From a virus (Duplodnaviria; Caudoviricetes), in the IMG/VR virus record IMGVR_UViG_3300037219_000017, positions 702 through 64,701 of that record: a DNA stretch of 64,000 nucleotides. One strand, written 5' to 3'. Shown piece by piece: positions 28,397 through 38,116 of the stretch. The notes beneath the pieces are model-generated. The model was not told the origin of the DNA and made no database searches. It saw nothing but the letters and a program-made list of their open reading frames with translations. Position 1 is the first letter of the stretch. Each line of letters opens with the position of its first letter. Made by a program: the position numbers and the translations under genes.

Positions 28397-31300
28397 TCAC
28401 TCTGAGTCTTGGCCAGTCGCCACCTGAGCTTCCTCTGGGCTTGTAGCGTCATCGGCGCTACCGCCGCCGCCGCCCCCTCCGCCACGGGAGGGTGCGCCGC
28501 CACCTGGGTCGATCGCAGGGCCGCGCGTGTCGATGTTAGCGGACAGCCAGAAGCGATCGTAGCTCTGCTTCGCTGGGTTCCAAATGAACTTCGCGGGATG
28601 GTCCTGTCCGTCGCCGACACCCTTCCGTCCTTTGACCATATCAGTCACCACATCTTTATCTGGCTTCTTTGTCTGGGGGTTGATGTGCTGCGGGGGATTG
28701 TGCGGATCTTTCGCAACCGACTTGTTGTAGTTGATGATCTGCGCAGCCGCGCGGACGATCGTGCGAGAGTCTGATTCTATGTTCGCGCCATGCAACTCGC
28801 CAGCCAGAGCGGCACCCTGCTGAATATCCTCCTGCGTCTGACCCGCAAAGACAGGGTCCCGGTTAGCAATATCACGTACACCAGGTTTATTAGCCTGCGG
28901 ATTTGGCATCATTGCTTTGTGAGTGGGGTCATTCGGATTAGGAACCATTGCCGGTTGCTGCGTAATCTCTCCTTGCGACGAATCCATATATTGCTTCGAC
29001 GAATCATTCTGAGCCGCACGAAGATTAGCTATCGTGACTTTCGTTCCGCCGCCTCCGCCGGTTGCCTGATCACTGGCGAGCTTATTAGCTACGGCAGTGT
29101 TCCGATCTGCGTTCCCTTGCATCTCAGCACCGCGATACGGAGAGAGCGCCTCGTTCGTGAGCGAGTTCCGAACGGCCGCTTGGCCCATCATGTTACGGCC
29201 ACTGGCAAGTGTCTGTGCCGCATGCGCGCGCTGCAATTCAGCCGACGCCTTGGCACCTGCCACATATTGACCCTGCAGTCCAGTACCGAACGCAACAGGA
29301 TCTTGCGCAGCCTGCAGCATCGAACTGAGGGAGATAGCAGTGAGCGGAACTTTCGTCGGAGAGCCCTCATGTCCCGGCATCCCGGCGAACGGGTTCTGAA
29401 CAATGAACGTACCGGCGGTAACCGGGTTTCCGGGTTGGCTGTACTGCGTAGCTTCCTCCGCAGTAGCTTTGTGCAGCTGCAACGGGGCGCCGTTCGGAAG
29501 GTAGTAGCTCATCGCTTTGACCGCCTGCTCTACGCCATCTTGATCGCCATTCTGAAGACGCTGCAAGGCGACGCCACCCCACTTCATGTACTGCCCTTGC
29601 AAGTGTGCGGTCTGCAGGTTCGTCAATGACTGATAAACCTGATTGCCGTCCATACCAGCGGCCGTCGCTGCGCGGGCGGCTTTCCACTTAGCCTTCTCCA
29701 TATCTTCCCAGTCGTGTTGGTCAAGCGACTCTTTGGTGCCGCCTTGGCCAGGGATCTGAGCGGGCGCTGATGTGGGCTTGATAGTAGCAGTGGCATCACC
29801 TACAGCTGTGCCAGACGCAGCAGCTGCTTCGGGGGTTGCACCAGCGGCAGCTGCGCCGCCAGTAGTTTGAGAGGCCGCCTTTCCTGCCGCCACGGCAGTC
29901 TGCGGAGGAGCGCCTGTAGCCTGCGCTGTCTGGGCGACATCTGCGCCGACGGCAGGCGGTGAACCGGGAGGCGGCGGAGGTGGAATAGCGGGCGCGGCGG
30001 CAGCGGGTGCGCCAGGAGGGCGCTGCCCCGTCACAGTCACCTGCGGCATACCTCCAGGCGCGCCAGGAGCGGGTGCTGGCGTGCCGGGAGTACCAGGAGC
30101 GCCACCCACGCCAGGCTTGCCAGGTTGGCCGGGCGCAGTCGCGCCCTGCGCGGGCGGAGGCGGAGGAGCAGGAGCAGCGGGAGTCGGGTTCCACGGTGGC
30201 GGAGCTTGCACACCGGCAGTTGGCGGAACTGTGTTGCTACCAGGGGCCACGCCGGTGTTCGTAGGCGGGAGGCCGGGAGCGGCAGTATTCGCCTTGTCGT
30301 CCAACGTCTTGCTGTGAATCAGATCAGCAAACTTGTCGATGTAGCCATGAACCATACCAACGGCGCCGGTCTGGCCAGACGCCTGTTGATCAGCAGTAGG
30401 CAGCCCCTGCGACTCATGGTACTTGTCCATGTTCGCTTTTTCTTGAGCAGTCTCCGCATCTTGGACGGCGTTGCGTTGCTCACGTTGACGCCAATTTTCC
30501 TGGATGTTTTTCATCACATCCATGCCCTGCCCCATGCCACCTACTAAGCCAGTACCGCGAGTCATGCCGAGCGAAGACGCCGACTGCGCGGGCTGCATAG
30601 GCGTCCACGCCGAACCAGACGGGGGCATCCCGAGACTTTCATTCACTGGTCCTGCGTTATCCAGACCGCCCATCATTGCGCTAATGGGGCCGCCGGCGGC
30701 GTGCCCGAGCACCACAGGAACACCAGAGGATGTGCCGCCGCCGTGAACAAAGTAGGCTTGCTTTGCCGCAGCTGTCGGATCGGGCGGCACAGGACCACCA
30801 CCGTCCATGGTGAGGACTTGTCCTTCTGGCGACGCAGGTGTGATGCCCTGCCCCATGCTCCGACCAGACGGAATAGCTCCCATGGCGCGGCCGGGGAACA
30901 TCGGCAATCTGTTCGTACGCGACCCATAATTCTGCACAGAGCCACCTTGCTGATAGTTCCGCGCGCTGCCGAAGTTCGCCGGTAGCGGACCAGTGGGGGG
31001 CATCTTGCTGACAGGAGTTATAACACCGCCCTTTGACATGGCGGGCGGCTGACCTTGCATCGAGGCGGGATCGAAGCTCGGCTCTGTCTGCACAGGCTGA
31101 TGCACACCACTCGTAGGACCTGGAGGAGCAGGTATTCCAGCTTTACCCATGCCGGATACGTGATGCAGCAAGCCCCACATCGGGTGAGTCGGATGAGCCA
31201 TCGGGTGTACGAAGCCGCCGCCTTGCATACCAGCAAGAGCGGACGAAGCGGTAGCAGAATTCAAATCGCTGCCGGCGTTGGCGTCCCCCATCAGAGGAGT

Positions 31301-31561
31301 CAGGTTCCCTTGACCGGAGCCGTTCGCGCCTGGTGCAAGAGGTGCGCTACCGCCGGACGGGTTCATAGCATTGAACGCTGCACCCCCAAGTCCGGAGCCG
31401 CCTGCTCCATAGTTCTGAGCCATGCCACCCAGCGCGCCAGCTATAGCGCCAGCGCCGCTCTGCCCGCCAGTGTTTGCCATTGGCGTATACCCAGCCGTGC
31501 CAGCGCCGGTGCCGGGAACCCGAGCTATAGGTGCTGCTGGTGCTGAGGAACCGCCGCCCAT
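28397..31561 (-). CDS. ejection/internal virion protein, Gly/Pro/Ala-rich
   Basis: 1054 aa, starts MGGGSS, lies between the pilot-like and large ejection protein genes. Confidence 0.7.
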   Translation of the reverse strand: MGGGSSAPAAPIARVPGTGAGTAGYTPMANTGGQSGAGAIAGALGGMAQNYGAGGSGLGGAAFNAMNPSGGSAPLAPGANGSGQGNLTPLMGDANAGSDLNSATASSALAGMQGGGFVHPMAHPTHPMWGLLHHVSGMGKAGIPAPPGPTSGVHQPVQTEPSFDPASMQGQPPAMSKGGVITPVSKMPPTGPLPANFGSARNYQQGGSVQNYGSRTNRLPMFPGRAMGAIPSGRSMGQGITPASPEGQVLTMDGGGPVPPDPTAAAKQAYFVHGGGTSSGVPVVLGHAAGGPISAMMGGLDNAGPVNESLGMPPSGSAWTPMQPAQSASSLGMTRGTGLVGGMGQGMDVMKNIQENWRQREQRNAVQDAETAQEKANMDKYHESQGLPTADQQASGQTGAVGMVHGYIDKFADLIHSKTLDDKANTAAPGLPPTNTGVAPGSNTVPPTAGVQAPPPWNPTPAAPAPPPPPAQGATAPGQPGKPGVGGAPGTPGTPAPAPGAPGGMPQVTVTGQRPPGAPAAAAPAIPPPPPPGSPPAVGADVAQTAQATGAPPQTAVAAGKAASQTTGGAAAAGATPEAAAASGTAVGDATATIKPTSAPAQIPGQGGTKESLDQHDWEDMEKAKWKAARAATAAGMDGNQVYQSLTNLQTAHLQGQYMKWGGVALQRLQNGDQDGVEQAVKAMSYYLPNGAPLQLHKATAEEATQYSQPGNPVTAGTFIVQNPFAGMPGHEGSPTKVPLTAISLSSMLQAAQDPVAFGTGLQGQYVAGAKASAELQRAHAAQTLASGRNMMGQAAVRNSLTNEALSPYRGAEMQGNADRNTAVANKLASDQATGGGGGTKVTIANLRAAQNDSSKQYMDSSQGEITQQPAMVPNPNDPTHKAMMPNPQANKPGVRDIANRDPVFAGQTQEDIQQGAALAGELHGANIESDSRTIVRAAAQIINYNKSVAKDPHNPPQHINPQTKKPDKDVVTDMVKGRKGVGDGQDHPAKFIWNPAKQSYDRFWLSANIDTRGPAIDPGGGAPSRGGGGGGGGSADDATSPEEAQVATGQDSE

Positions 31562-32823
31562 TATTGCAGACTCACGTGTGGAGGATGGTGGATAGGGATC
31601 GCCCGGCGAAGGTTCGCTTTCTCACGCGCGCTGTCGATCAGCTTGTGGAAGTGTTCGTTGCCAAAATGGTCGACGACATCCTTCGGTATGACGAATTCTC
31701 CAGGGGTCAAGAGAGCGGGCTTCGTATCGGTCGAGCCAGGTATCGGACTGGCAGGAAGTGCACCACGCGCAGAGACTTGTCCGCCGGCTATGTACTGTCC
31801 ATAGGGGGCGCTCGTGAGTCGACCACCAGCCAAGATCTGTCGCGGGCCGGGGACTACGCGGGCTGAGGGAGAGTTGAGAGTCGGCGTGCTCGGCGGCACG
31901 TAGTCATAGTTTTCAACAACGCCACCTGACGCAAAGACAGGTATGCCCCGCCGGAACGTGATCGGGCCGCCGTCTTCCATACCGGCCATCATCGAAGTGA
32001 TTGGACCACCCCCTCCCATCATCGCTGCCATGCCAGCTACCTGTCCGATCTGCTGCATCTGCGCGGCCTGCGCCGCAGCAGCGTCCTGATAGGACGTTTG
32101 CTGATCGCTGAACTGATCCTGTACGCCGGTCATCGAATTCTGGTTCGCCGTATTGGCGACGTTCAACATCGAGTTCGCGCCAGCTAAGTTGGAAACGTCC
32201 GCGGCACCAGTAGCGTTCGCAGCCCCCTGTCCACCCTGCGCGGTCGATGCCGCACCAGCCATGCCGGCATTGCCGGCTGCGCCAACATTGAGGCCGAGCT
32301 GGTTGGCGGTGTTAGACATGTTGAACGCCTGCTGCTGTCCCTGGATACCGGCCTGCGTTCCAGCGTTAGCCGCAGCGGCAGCGTTCTGCACGTTGCCCTG
32401 CGCCTGGATGGCGCCACCGTGAATACTTGCGGGATCGACGCCCTCGGACGCGAGCGCAGCGGCGTTGTTCTGCTGACCAGCCTGATTGGCCGCGCCGACA
32501 TTGCCGATCGCCTGCCCCTGCAGCTTCTGTATGTTGGCGTTCGATCCATACGCCGACGCCTGCTGAGCCTCCTGACCCTGAAGAGGTTGGAAGTTCTGCT
32601 GGTAAGAATTCATGTTCGACTGAGCTTGACCGCTCATAGCCGAAGCAGCGTTGTTCGTCGTGCCAAGAGTCGACGTAAGGTTATTGTTCGCGACAGAGTT
32701 CTGCGCGTTCGCAACCTGCGTACCCTGCGCGGAGTTGGCGCTAGCCGTTCCGAACGTCTGATTAGCCTGCCCTATTTGGGAGCCTAGACTGGGGGCTGAT
32801 GGGGGTGTGGGTCCGCCTGACAT
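31561..32823 (-). CDS. pilot/ejection protein with C-terminal GG/GEFV domain
   Basis: Gln/Asn/Ala/Gly-rich; TDTKPALLTPGEFVIP; GGAG RBS before ATG 32823. Confidence 0.7.
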   Translation of the reverse strand: MSGGPTPPSAPSLGSQIGQANQTFGTASANSAQGTQVANAQNSVANNNLTSTLGTTNNAASAMSGQAQSNMNSYQQNFQPLQGQEAQQASAYGSNANIQKLQGQAIGNVGAANQAGQQNNAAALASEGVDPASIHGGAIQAQGNVQNAAAAANAGTQAGIQGQQQAFNMSNTANQLGLNVGAAGNAGMAGAASTAQGGQGAANATGAADVSNLAGANSMLNVANTANQNSMTGVQDQFSDQQTSYQDAAAAQAAQMQQIGQVAGMAAMMGGGGPITSMMAGMEDGGPITFRRGIPVFASGGVVENYDYVPPSTPTLNSPSARVVPGPRQILAGGRLTSAPYGQYIAGGQVSARGALPASPIPGSTDTKPALLTPGEFVIPKDVVDHFGNEHFHKLIDSAREKANLRRAIPIHHPPHVSLQ

Positions 32824-33227
32824 GATCGTTGCTTCTCCAGTGGTGCTACCCACTTGCAATCTTGTTTTCCTAGTATCCCAAACCAGAGATCGTCCGTCAC
32901 GGCCAGCTGCTTGAAGCCCAGGCGTCGTCCAATATTCAATGACTTAGGGTTCGACGTCTGGATAATAGCATAACAAGCGCTGTAACCCCACTGGCAGAAC
33001 ATAGTCCAGAAGACTTCGTGCAGGAGGGGGCGTGTATAAGGGCGGTCAGTGACAGTGTGAAGTGCGCAGGAATGATCCTGAAAACTGTCGAAGCCGAAGG
33101 CGGAAACGATCACTCCGTCCACTTCGCGGGCTATGGAGTGAAAAGCTATCTGAATAGGAAGCCCGGACCGGGAGTGCATCCACAACTGCGTCCGGGCATC
33201 GTTGACTACTAGTCGATCAGTGTGCAA
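32784..33227 (-). CDS. virion-module GNAT-fold protein (T7 gp13/P22 gp14-like position)
   Basis: NPKSLNIGRRLGF GNAT motif B; ends CKW; sits immediately before the ejection genes. Confidence 0.7.
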   Translation of the reverse strand: MHTDRLVVNDARTQLWMHSRSGLPIQIAFHSIAREVDGVIVSAFGFDSFQDHSCALHTVTDRPYTRPLLHEVFWTMFCQWGYSACYAIIQTSNPKSLNIGRRLGFKQLAVTDDLWFGILGKQDCKWVAPLEKQRSCQADPHPHQPPV

Positions 33228-33654
33228 TCACTATCCAGCTGATGTGGTCGCCTGACACGATCGTCGCTGCGCCTGTGCCGCAAGTCGAACTTGTCGGCGT
33301 CGCCTCAGCCAATGCGTCTGCTGGCGTAGTGTCGTCTTTGAACCAACACTCGTAGAAGTTCGGCGCCTTGTACGGGAACGTCAGGGTCGTAGTGCACGTA
33401 GTCACTGCGCCTGAAATCACCGAACCACTAGAACTTCCGCCGACCTGTGCGCCGCGCGTACCGCATGATCCAGAAACTACCGGTGCGTTAAGGCCGCCGG
33501 TATCCGTCGCGAAGAGAGTGCCGTTCAGACCGTAGAGACCGGTGAGCGGGTTGAGGCCGGAATACGCCGTGTAGGTGACGGCAGCAGCGAGCGCTACGCT
33601 GACAACGAATGCAGCGGGGATGCAGCGGCCGAGGAATTTCAGAATTGATTTCAT
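33217..33654 (-). CDS. hypothetical protein with signal peptide/N-terminal TM
   Basis: MKSILKFLGRCIPAAFVVSVALAAA; Thr/Gly/Cys-rich mature part. Confidence 0.65.
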   Translation of the reverse strand: MKSILKFLGRCIPAAFVVSVALAAAVTYTAYSGLNPLTGLYGLNGTLFATDTGGLNAPVVSGSCGTRGAQVGGSSSGSVISGAVTTCTTTLTFPYKAPNFYECWFKDDTTPADALAEATPTSSTCGTGAATIVSGDHISWIVIAH

Positions 33655-33683
33655 GGTCGAGATACCTGTGTTGTGAGAGAAGC

Positions 33684-33875
33684 CTAGCCGTGCCGCCTCA
33701 TGAAGGCAGGCGCCCGTTGAGGCAAGGATATCGCACTCCCCGCACTCTGTCTATGTGCCCGCGCAATGTCTGCGCGGGCGAAGTCCTTGCCGACATTCTG
33801 TGGAATTCCTAACGTGGAATGACCGGCCGCGGCGGCGAACATGGCGCGGCTTTGCTGTTTACTGACTGATGGCAT
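33684..33875 (-). CDS. small conserved phage protein
   Basis: [12 protein letters not shown]...[10 protein letters not shown] pattern recurrent in environmental phages. Confidence 0.55.
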   Translation of the reverse strand: MPSVSKQQSRAMFAAAAGHSTLGIPQNVGKDFARADIARAHRQSAGSAISLPQRAPAFMRRHG

Positions 33876-33877
33876 AA

Positions 33878-34363
33878 TTACTTCCCCGTCAGTGACTTGC
33901 GCTCGGCTTGGAGGGCGCTGAGTTCGGCGGCGTCGGCGGCGGCGGCGTCAAGGAGTCGTTGAGTTGCTGCTGCAACTCCTGCATCGCTTCCGGCGACAGG
34001 GGCGGGACCATCAGGTTTGCTGGGGGCGGCGGGACCTGCGGGCAGGGCGTGGAGACAGCGATTACGTGCGGCGTACTGGCGCAGGCTGATAGTAAGCTCG
34101 TCAGCACGACCAACAGCGGTAGCGAGTGTGGCTTGATACGCATTTTCAGTGTCCTTTAATTTCGTCTGGTAGTCCGCAGCTATCGCTGCGTTGCGCGAGG
34201 CAGCGGCTGCCACCTCGCGGGCGGTTGCAGCCTTATCTGCCGCCTCAATTTTCTGTTCGCCGATCACCCGCTCGTGGTGCACGAAGACGCCAAAGCCTAT
34301 CACCAGAGCCAGGATGACGCCTAAATAAATCCAATCTTTAAGGGGGACGAGGCCAAGCATCAC
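33878..34363 (-). CDS. Rz: i-spanin (Rz-like)
   Basis: N-terminal TM, Ala-rich coiled coil, embedded lipoprotein ORF. Confidence 0.8.
   Translation of the reverse strand: MMLGLVPLKDWIYLGVILALVIGFGVFVHHERVIGEQKIEAADKAATAREVAAAASRNAAIAADYQTKLKDTENAYQATLATAVGRADELTISLRQYAARNRCLHALPAGPAAPSKPDGPAPVAGSDAGVAAATQRLLDAAAADAAELSALQAERKSLTGK
33889..34143 (-). CDS. Rz1: o-spanin lipoprotein (Rz1-like), embedded in Rz
   Basis: Lipobox LSAC, Pro-rich mature part, alternative frame inside Rz. Confidence 0.8.
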   Translation of the reverse strand: MRIKPHSLPLLVVLTSLLSACASTPHVIAVSTPCPQVPPPPANLMVPPLSPEAMQELQQQLNDSLTPPPPTPPNSAPSKPSASH

Positions 34364-34758
34364 GCATTCTCCACATGCAGTAGAAGCCGGAACAGAGTTC
34401 GGGGATCGTCGCGCGCGAGCATTAATATACTATTGCAGCGATGGCATGTCCAACCACGGAAAGCGTTCGTCGCGTGATCGTGTTCCAGGCAAAGCGCCTT
34501 CTTTTGGGCGTGAGCCTTCCCACCTATTTCACAAAACTCTGGCATTGGGCGAGTCGGAACTGGGAACCCTCGTCGTTTATGACACGACTTGCGTACTAGC
34601 TCTCGATATCGAATTGGATTGGCCAGCCGCCATGCCTTCGATTTAGCGATGACTTTTTTCTTGTTGCGCAAATACCATGCAGAGCTGTAGCCCGGATTCG
34701 CGAGCCGCCATCTAGCGTTTGCAGCGCGTTGCTTATCGGTGGTCGCCAAAGTGGGCAT
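34360..34758 (-). CDS. endonuclease VII-like endonuclease #5 (inside the lysis cassette)
   Basis: GFPVPTRPMPEFCEIG...LEHDHATNAFRGWTCHRCN. Confidence 0.85.
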   Translation of the reverse strand: MPTLATTDKQRAANARWRLANPGYSSAWYLRNKKKVIAKSKAWRLANPIRYRELVRKSCHKRRGFPVPTRPMPEFCEIGGKAHAQKKALCLEHDHATNAFRGWTCHRCNSILMLARDDPRTLFRLLLHVENA

Positions 34759-35023
34759 CCTGATAAAACTTAAAAATTAATCCCATGAGACCGGCCAACA
34801 TCGTTTGAGTTCCCCCCACCCACGTCGTAAAAGTCGTTGTCTGAGCGGCAAGCGGGAGGTGTACGAAAATCAAAGTCGTGTATATCAAAAACCAAACAAA
34901 AACGCCGCCGTAAACCATCAGGACGATGATCGACGCGACATGGTGCGCGATCACCAGCTTGGGGGGCACGGGCGTACCCCCAACTGTGGTGTGCCCTTCG
35001 GCGTCTATGGTTATGTCAGGCAC
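34733..35023 (-). CDS. putative holin (2 TM)
   Basis: GTG start overlapping the endolysin end; two hydrophobic segments; between endolysin and spanins. Confidence 0.6.
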   Translation of the reverse strand: MPDITIDAEGHTTVGGTPVPPKLVIAHHVASIIVLMVYGGVFVWFLIYTTLIFVHLPLAAQTTTFTTWVGGTQTMLAGLMGLIFKFYQDAHFGDHR

Positions 35024-35475
35024 GTGCCACCGGGGTAATTGCCATACAGCATGTAGTTCGCGATCCGCCGCACGCGGTCGATCCCTACTTCTGCGACCCA
35101 CTCGGGACTGGCTATCAAGTGATCGTGCGCGGCCTGCCAGTCCTGCGCCGCAAGGGCCGCCCGCGTCTTCGGGAACTCCGTTATCCAGTGCGCGATGCCG
35201 AGATTAAATACGCACTCCAGGACGGCGTTTTGACGGCAGGTCGTGTTCAGGTCTTTCCATTCATTGAGCGGTTCACACTCGTTCTGCGTCTCTGACAGGT
35301 CGTCAGCAAGCCACGCATCGGACTGCGCGGGCGAGATCGTGTAGGCCGTCCAATCCTTAGACAGAGGCAGCAGGAGGTGGCCCACGCCGATCGTCCAGTT
35401 GCCGAGCTTATCCTTGTAGGCAGTGAGGCGTCGCCCCTCGGCCTGGTTCAGATCGGCTATGAGTGACTCGTACAT
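35011..35475 (-). CDS. endolysin, T4-lysozyme-like (GH24)
   Basis: Catalytic triad E-x8-D-x5-T in EGRRLTAYKDKLGNWTIGVGH; FNLG. Confidence 0.9.
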   Translation of the reverse strand: MYESLIADLNQAEGRRLTAYKDKLGNWTIGVGHLLLPLSKDWTAYTISPAQSDAWLADDLSETQNECEPLNEWKDLNTTCRQNAVLECVFNLGIAHWITEFPKTRAALAAQDWQAAHDHLIASPEWVAEVGIDRVRRIANYMLYGNYPGGTCLT

Positions 35476-35897
35476 TATTTGATCGTGCCCTCGGAGCTGG
35501 ATGCGGGCTGCGCTTGCAGGAGGAGACTCGCAGCGTGATCGGCGGCGTCAGATGCAACTAACGCGGCCTTGTCTGTTCCGATCTTGGTAGCAGCAGCAAC
35601 GGCGGTAGCCGTGATCGCAGCCTGCTTCAACTCCATAAGCTCGGCGGTCATCGCCGACAGGCGACCGTCCGTATCGACGTGGATCTGCGTCACCAGGTTG
35701 TGGTTCTTGTTGCTGAGGTACATCGCCACAGCAGAGAAGATACCAGCCAGCGTAGAACCAGCGAGTGTAAGGATAGCACTCATGTTGGCGCTAATCCAAG
35801 TGGGTGCCTTGGCGACCTCAATCACCGGCTGAACAACAGGAGTCGCAACAGCAGTCGTAAGAGCCTCCTTGATAAATTCAAAAAGCTGTATGTTCAT
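35475..35897 (-). CDS. membrane protein upstream of endolysin (holin/antiholin candidate)
   Basis: Single TM (ILTLAGSTLAGIFSAVAMYL) followed by a coiled coil. Confidence 0.5.
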   Translation of the reverse strand: MNIQLFEFIKEALTTAVATPVVQPVIEVAKAPTWISANMSAILTLAGSTLAGIFSAVAMYLSNKNHNLVTQIHVDTDGRLSAMTAELMELKQAAITATAVAAATKIGTDKAALVASDAADHAASLLLQAQPASSSEGTIK

Positions 35898-37816
35898 GTT
35901 TGTTGTAGCTCCTTCGCCGTCTCTGCAATCGCCAGTGAGTACACTGGACTATTCCCAATGATCGTAGCATACCAGCCGTCACTCTTCACGCCGGCGGGCA
36001 GCCGGTAGATCTGCTCGGAGAATATGCCAGCCTGGAAGATGTTGATCCAGGCAGATGACAACAAGTCTCGACAGTAAACAAAGACAGTCGCGCCAGCTGT
36101 GATGTTCTCCATCGAAGCCAGGGGGAATAGCCCTGAGCCGCCGATGGGCTCCCTGATCTCAGGTATGGGCGAATAACCCGCGGGGTTCGCGAAGGTGGGC
36201 TGCTGCAGCGTGCGTACGCCGTTGATCACGGCACCATTGATGGGGTTCAGCGGCTTCTGGATGCGCTGGGCATTGTAGGCAGAGTACAACAACAGCTGCG
36301 CCGGACTGACAAAGATGGTGCCGGAGTTAAACTTCAAACGCAGCGCGCCCATGTTGACCGGCTTCGGCAAGTCGAACTGCTTCGACGTCCAGGTGTACTC
36401 CAAAGGGGTCGTGTTGACAGGGTCCCAAAGCTGGGCCTGGTTGTTCGTAACCAAGTAGACATCGCCGGAGTAGGCGTCGATCTGTATCGCCGTGACGTGC
36501 GAGAAGCGGTCCAGCGTGGTCAGCGGGGTGGACTGGTCGGTTGGGCTAAAGATAAAGCCGGTGGACTCGGTGTCGAATGCCACTATCTCCACGCCATATG
36601 GCGCCGCGTAGACAGTCGTCGGGCTGAAATCCTCTTGCCATTCCTGCCGTGTGAACAACTGCCTAGTCACGAGCTGCGTGTAACCGCCCGTGTTCAGGAT
36701 GATACCCTGCGGACTCGCATAGTAGACGCCGTCAACAGTCGTCACGATGCTGCGTCGGCTCACGCACGGATCGATAGAGTCCATCTTTTGCAGGGTCACG
36801 TTGGCAGGGTTCATGCCCTCCGCGAAGTACGGGTGGGACGTCGTCATAACCATGATGCAGTTCTGATAGATCGCGAGTCCGACGATCTCTGTTTGACACG
36901 TCTGGATGTTCTCCACGGGCCACGCGTGCGGTTGATACGGCTGCGACATCCACAGGTCACGTCCGGAGAAGCCGACCAGAAAACCGCCGGGGTGCGCCAC
37001 GAGGCCCTGCAGAGTTATTGGCGGCTGCGTGTAGGTGATCGACGGGATGGTGTAGTTGAGACCTATAACTTCGTCCAACGCGGCGTCATCGTAGGTCGTC
37101 GTTCCTAAAGTCACATTGCCCACATAGAAATACGACCCGGAGAGTGATCGATAGATGTTCACTGATGCGACGTTAAACCAGCTGGGATTTACCGAAGGGA
37201 CCTGAACCGTCGGCTGGATGCCAGTGATGTACCAGATACCGTTGGTGTTGCCGGTCGCTATCGTCGGCGGGGACGGCGCGCTCTCTTCACCGTAGGCAGA
37301 AACGAACGTGTAGATATAGGCTCGGACTTCGGACTGGGAGGCGGTGGCGACCGGGGGCGTGATGGTTGGGGCAACAGTAGGGGCTGGGATGCCGAGTATC
37401 CAGGCGTGGGAACCTGGGTTGGGGCCGGCATTGAGCCCCGAGCGGGTACTGTAGGCAGGCGCCCCGCCGAAGGGGGTGAGGGTGTCGTCGCCGGTCCAGT
37501 AGTATCGTTCGAAGCTGTCTTCGAGGACGGGGGTTCGGACGAAGTCGACGCCGGGGTCGGGGAAGCCGATCCAGTCGTCGGAGCCCCCGATAGGGAGCGG
37601 GGCTGCCACAGATGCCGGGAGCCGAAAAGCCCTGGCGATGGTGTATCCGAGTTCGTCTTGGTTGAAGTCGTAGAGTACCGTCGGTTCACAATAGCCTCGC
37701 AGTTCTCCGGAAAGCAGCTTCGCGTTCGCGGCCGTGACCGCCTGGTTCTGTTGCAACAGGCGGGCTGAGCGGCGGGGCGCTATACCGGAGAAATTATCGA
37801 TCTTAAGAAGAGTCAT
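35894..37816 (-). CDS. tail nozzle / stabilization protein (tubular B-like)
   Basis: 640 aa, beta-rich; KIDNFSGIAPR, SQPYQPHAWP, YYASPQG, YTWTSKQF. Confidence 0.7.
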   Translation of the reverse strand: MTLLKIDNFSGIAPRRSARLLQQNQAVTAANAKLLSGELRGYCEPTVLYDFNQDELGYTIARAFRLPASVAAPLPIGGSDDWIGFPDPGVDFVRTPVLEDSFERYYWTGDDTLTPFGGAPAYSTRSGLNAGPNPGSHAWILGIPAPTVAPTITPPVATASQSEVRAYIYTFVSAYGEESAPSPPTIATGNTNGIWYITGIQPTVQVPSVNPSWFNVASVNIYRSLSGSYFYVGNVTLGTTTYDDAALDEVIGLNYTIPSITYTQPPITLQGLVAHPGGFLVGFSGRDLWMSQPYQPHAWPVENIQTCQTEIVGLAIYQNCIMVMTTSHPYFAEGMNPANVTLQKMDSIDPCVSRRSIVTTVDGVYYASPQGIILNTGGYTQLVTRQLFTRQEWQEDFSPTTVYAAPYGVEIVAFDTESTGFIFSPTDQSTPLTTLDRFSHVTAIQIDAYSGDVYLVTNNQAQLWDPVNTTPLEYTWTSKQFDLPKPVNMGALRLKFNSGTIFVSPAQLLLYSAYNAQRIQKPLNPINGAVINGVRTLQQPTFANPAGYSPIPEIREPIGGSGLFPLASMENITAGATVFVYCRDLLSSAWINIFQAGIFSEQIYRLPAGVKSDGWYATIIGNSPVYSLAIAETAKELQQT

Positions 37817-37831
37817 GATTCCATGACTCTA

Positions 37832-38116
37832 TCACACAGCGGGGGGTTGAGGCTCGGGGGCTACGATACCTTCGGCTTGCGCAGCCGGCCCAGTGTTTCC
37901 GAATGGCGCAGGGACGCGAAGGACAGCGACTGCCTCGGCCTCCGTAGCGGATAGAGCATCCAAGATAGCGCCTTTCTGCACAGCGTTGTGCAGCTCGACG
38001 AACTTGTTCACGAGAGGCTGCCGTCGCAGGGCGTTTATGTAGCTTCCCACAGGGGAGTTGATGATCATCTCCAGCAGAGTGTGCATCTCTGCCGGAGATA
38101 TATTCTGGCTGGCCAT
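37832..38116 (-). CDS. hypothetical protein
   Basis: TAATG coupling in the tail region. Confidence 0.55.
   Translation of the reverse strand: MASQNISPAEMHTLLEMIINSPVGSYINALRRQPLVNKFVELHNAVQKGAILDALSATEAEAVAVLRVPAPFGNTGPAAQAEGIVAPEPQPPAV

Noticed and set aside
20597-32787. Many long + strand ORFs opposite the ejection genes
   Set aside because: Shadow ORFs expected from GC-rich, Ala/Gly/Pro-biased coding; no RBS or motifs
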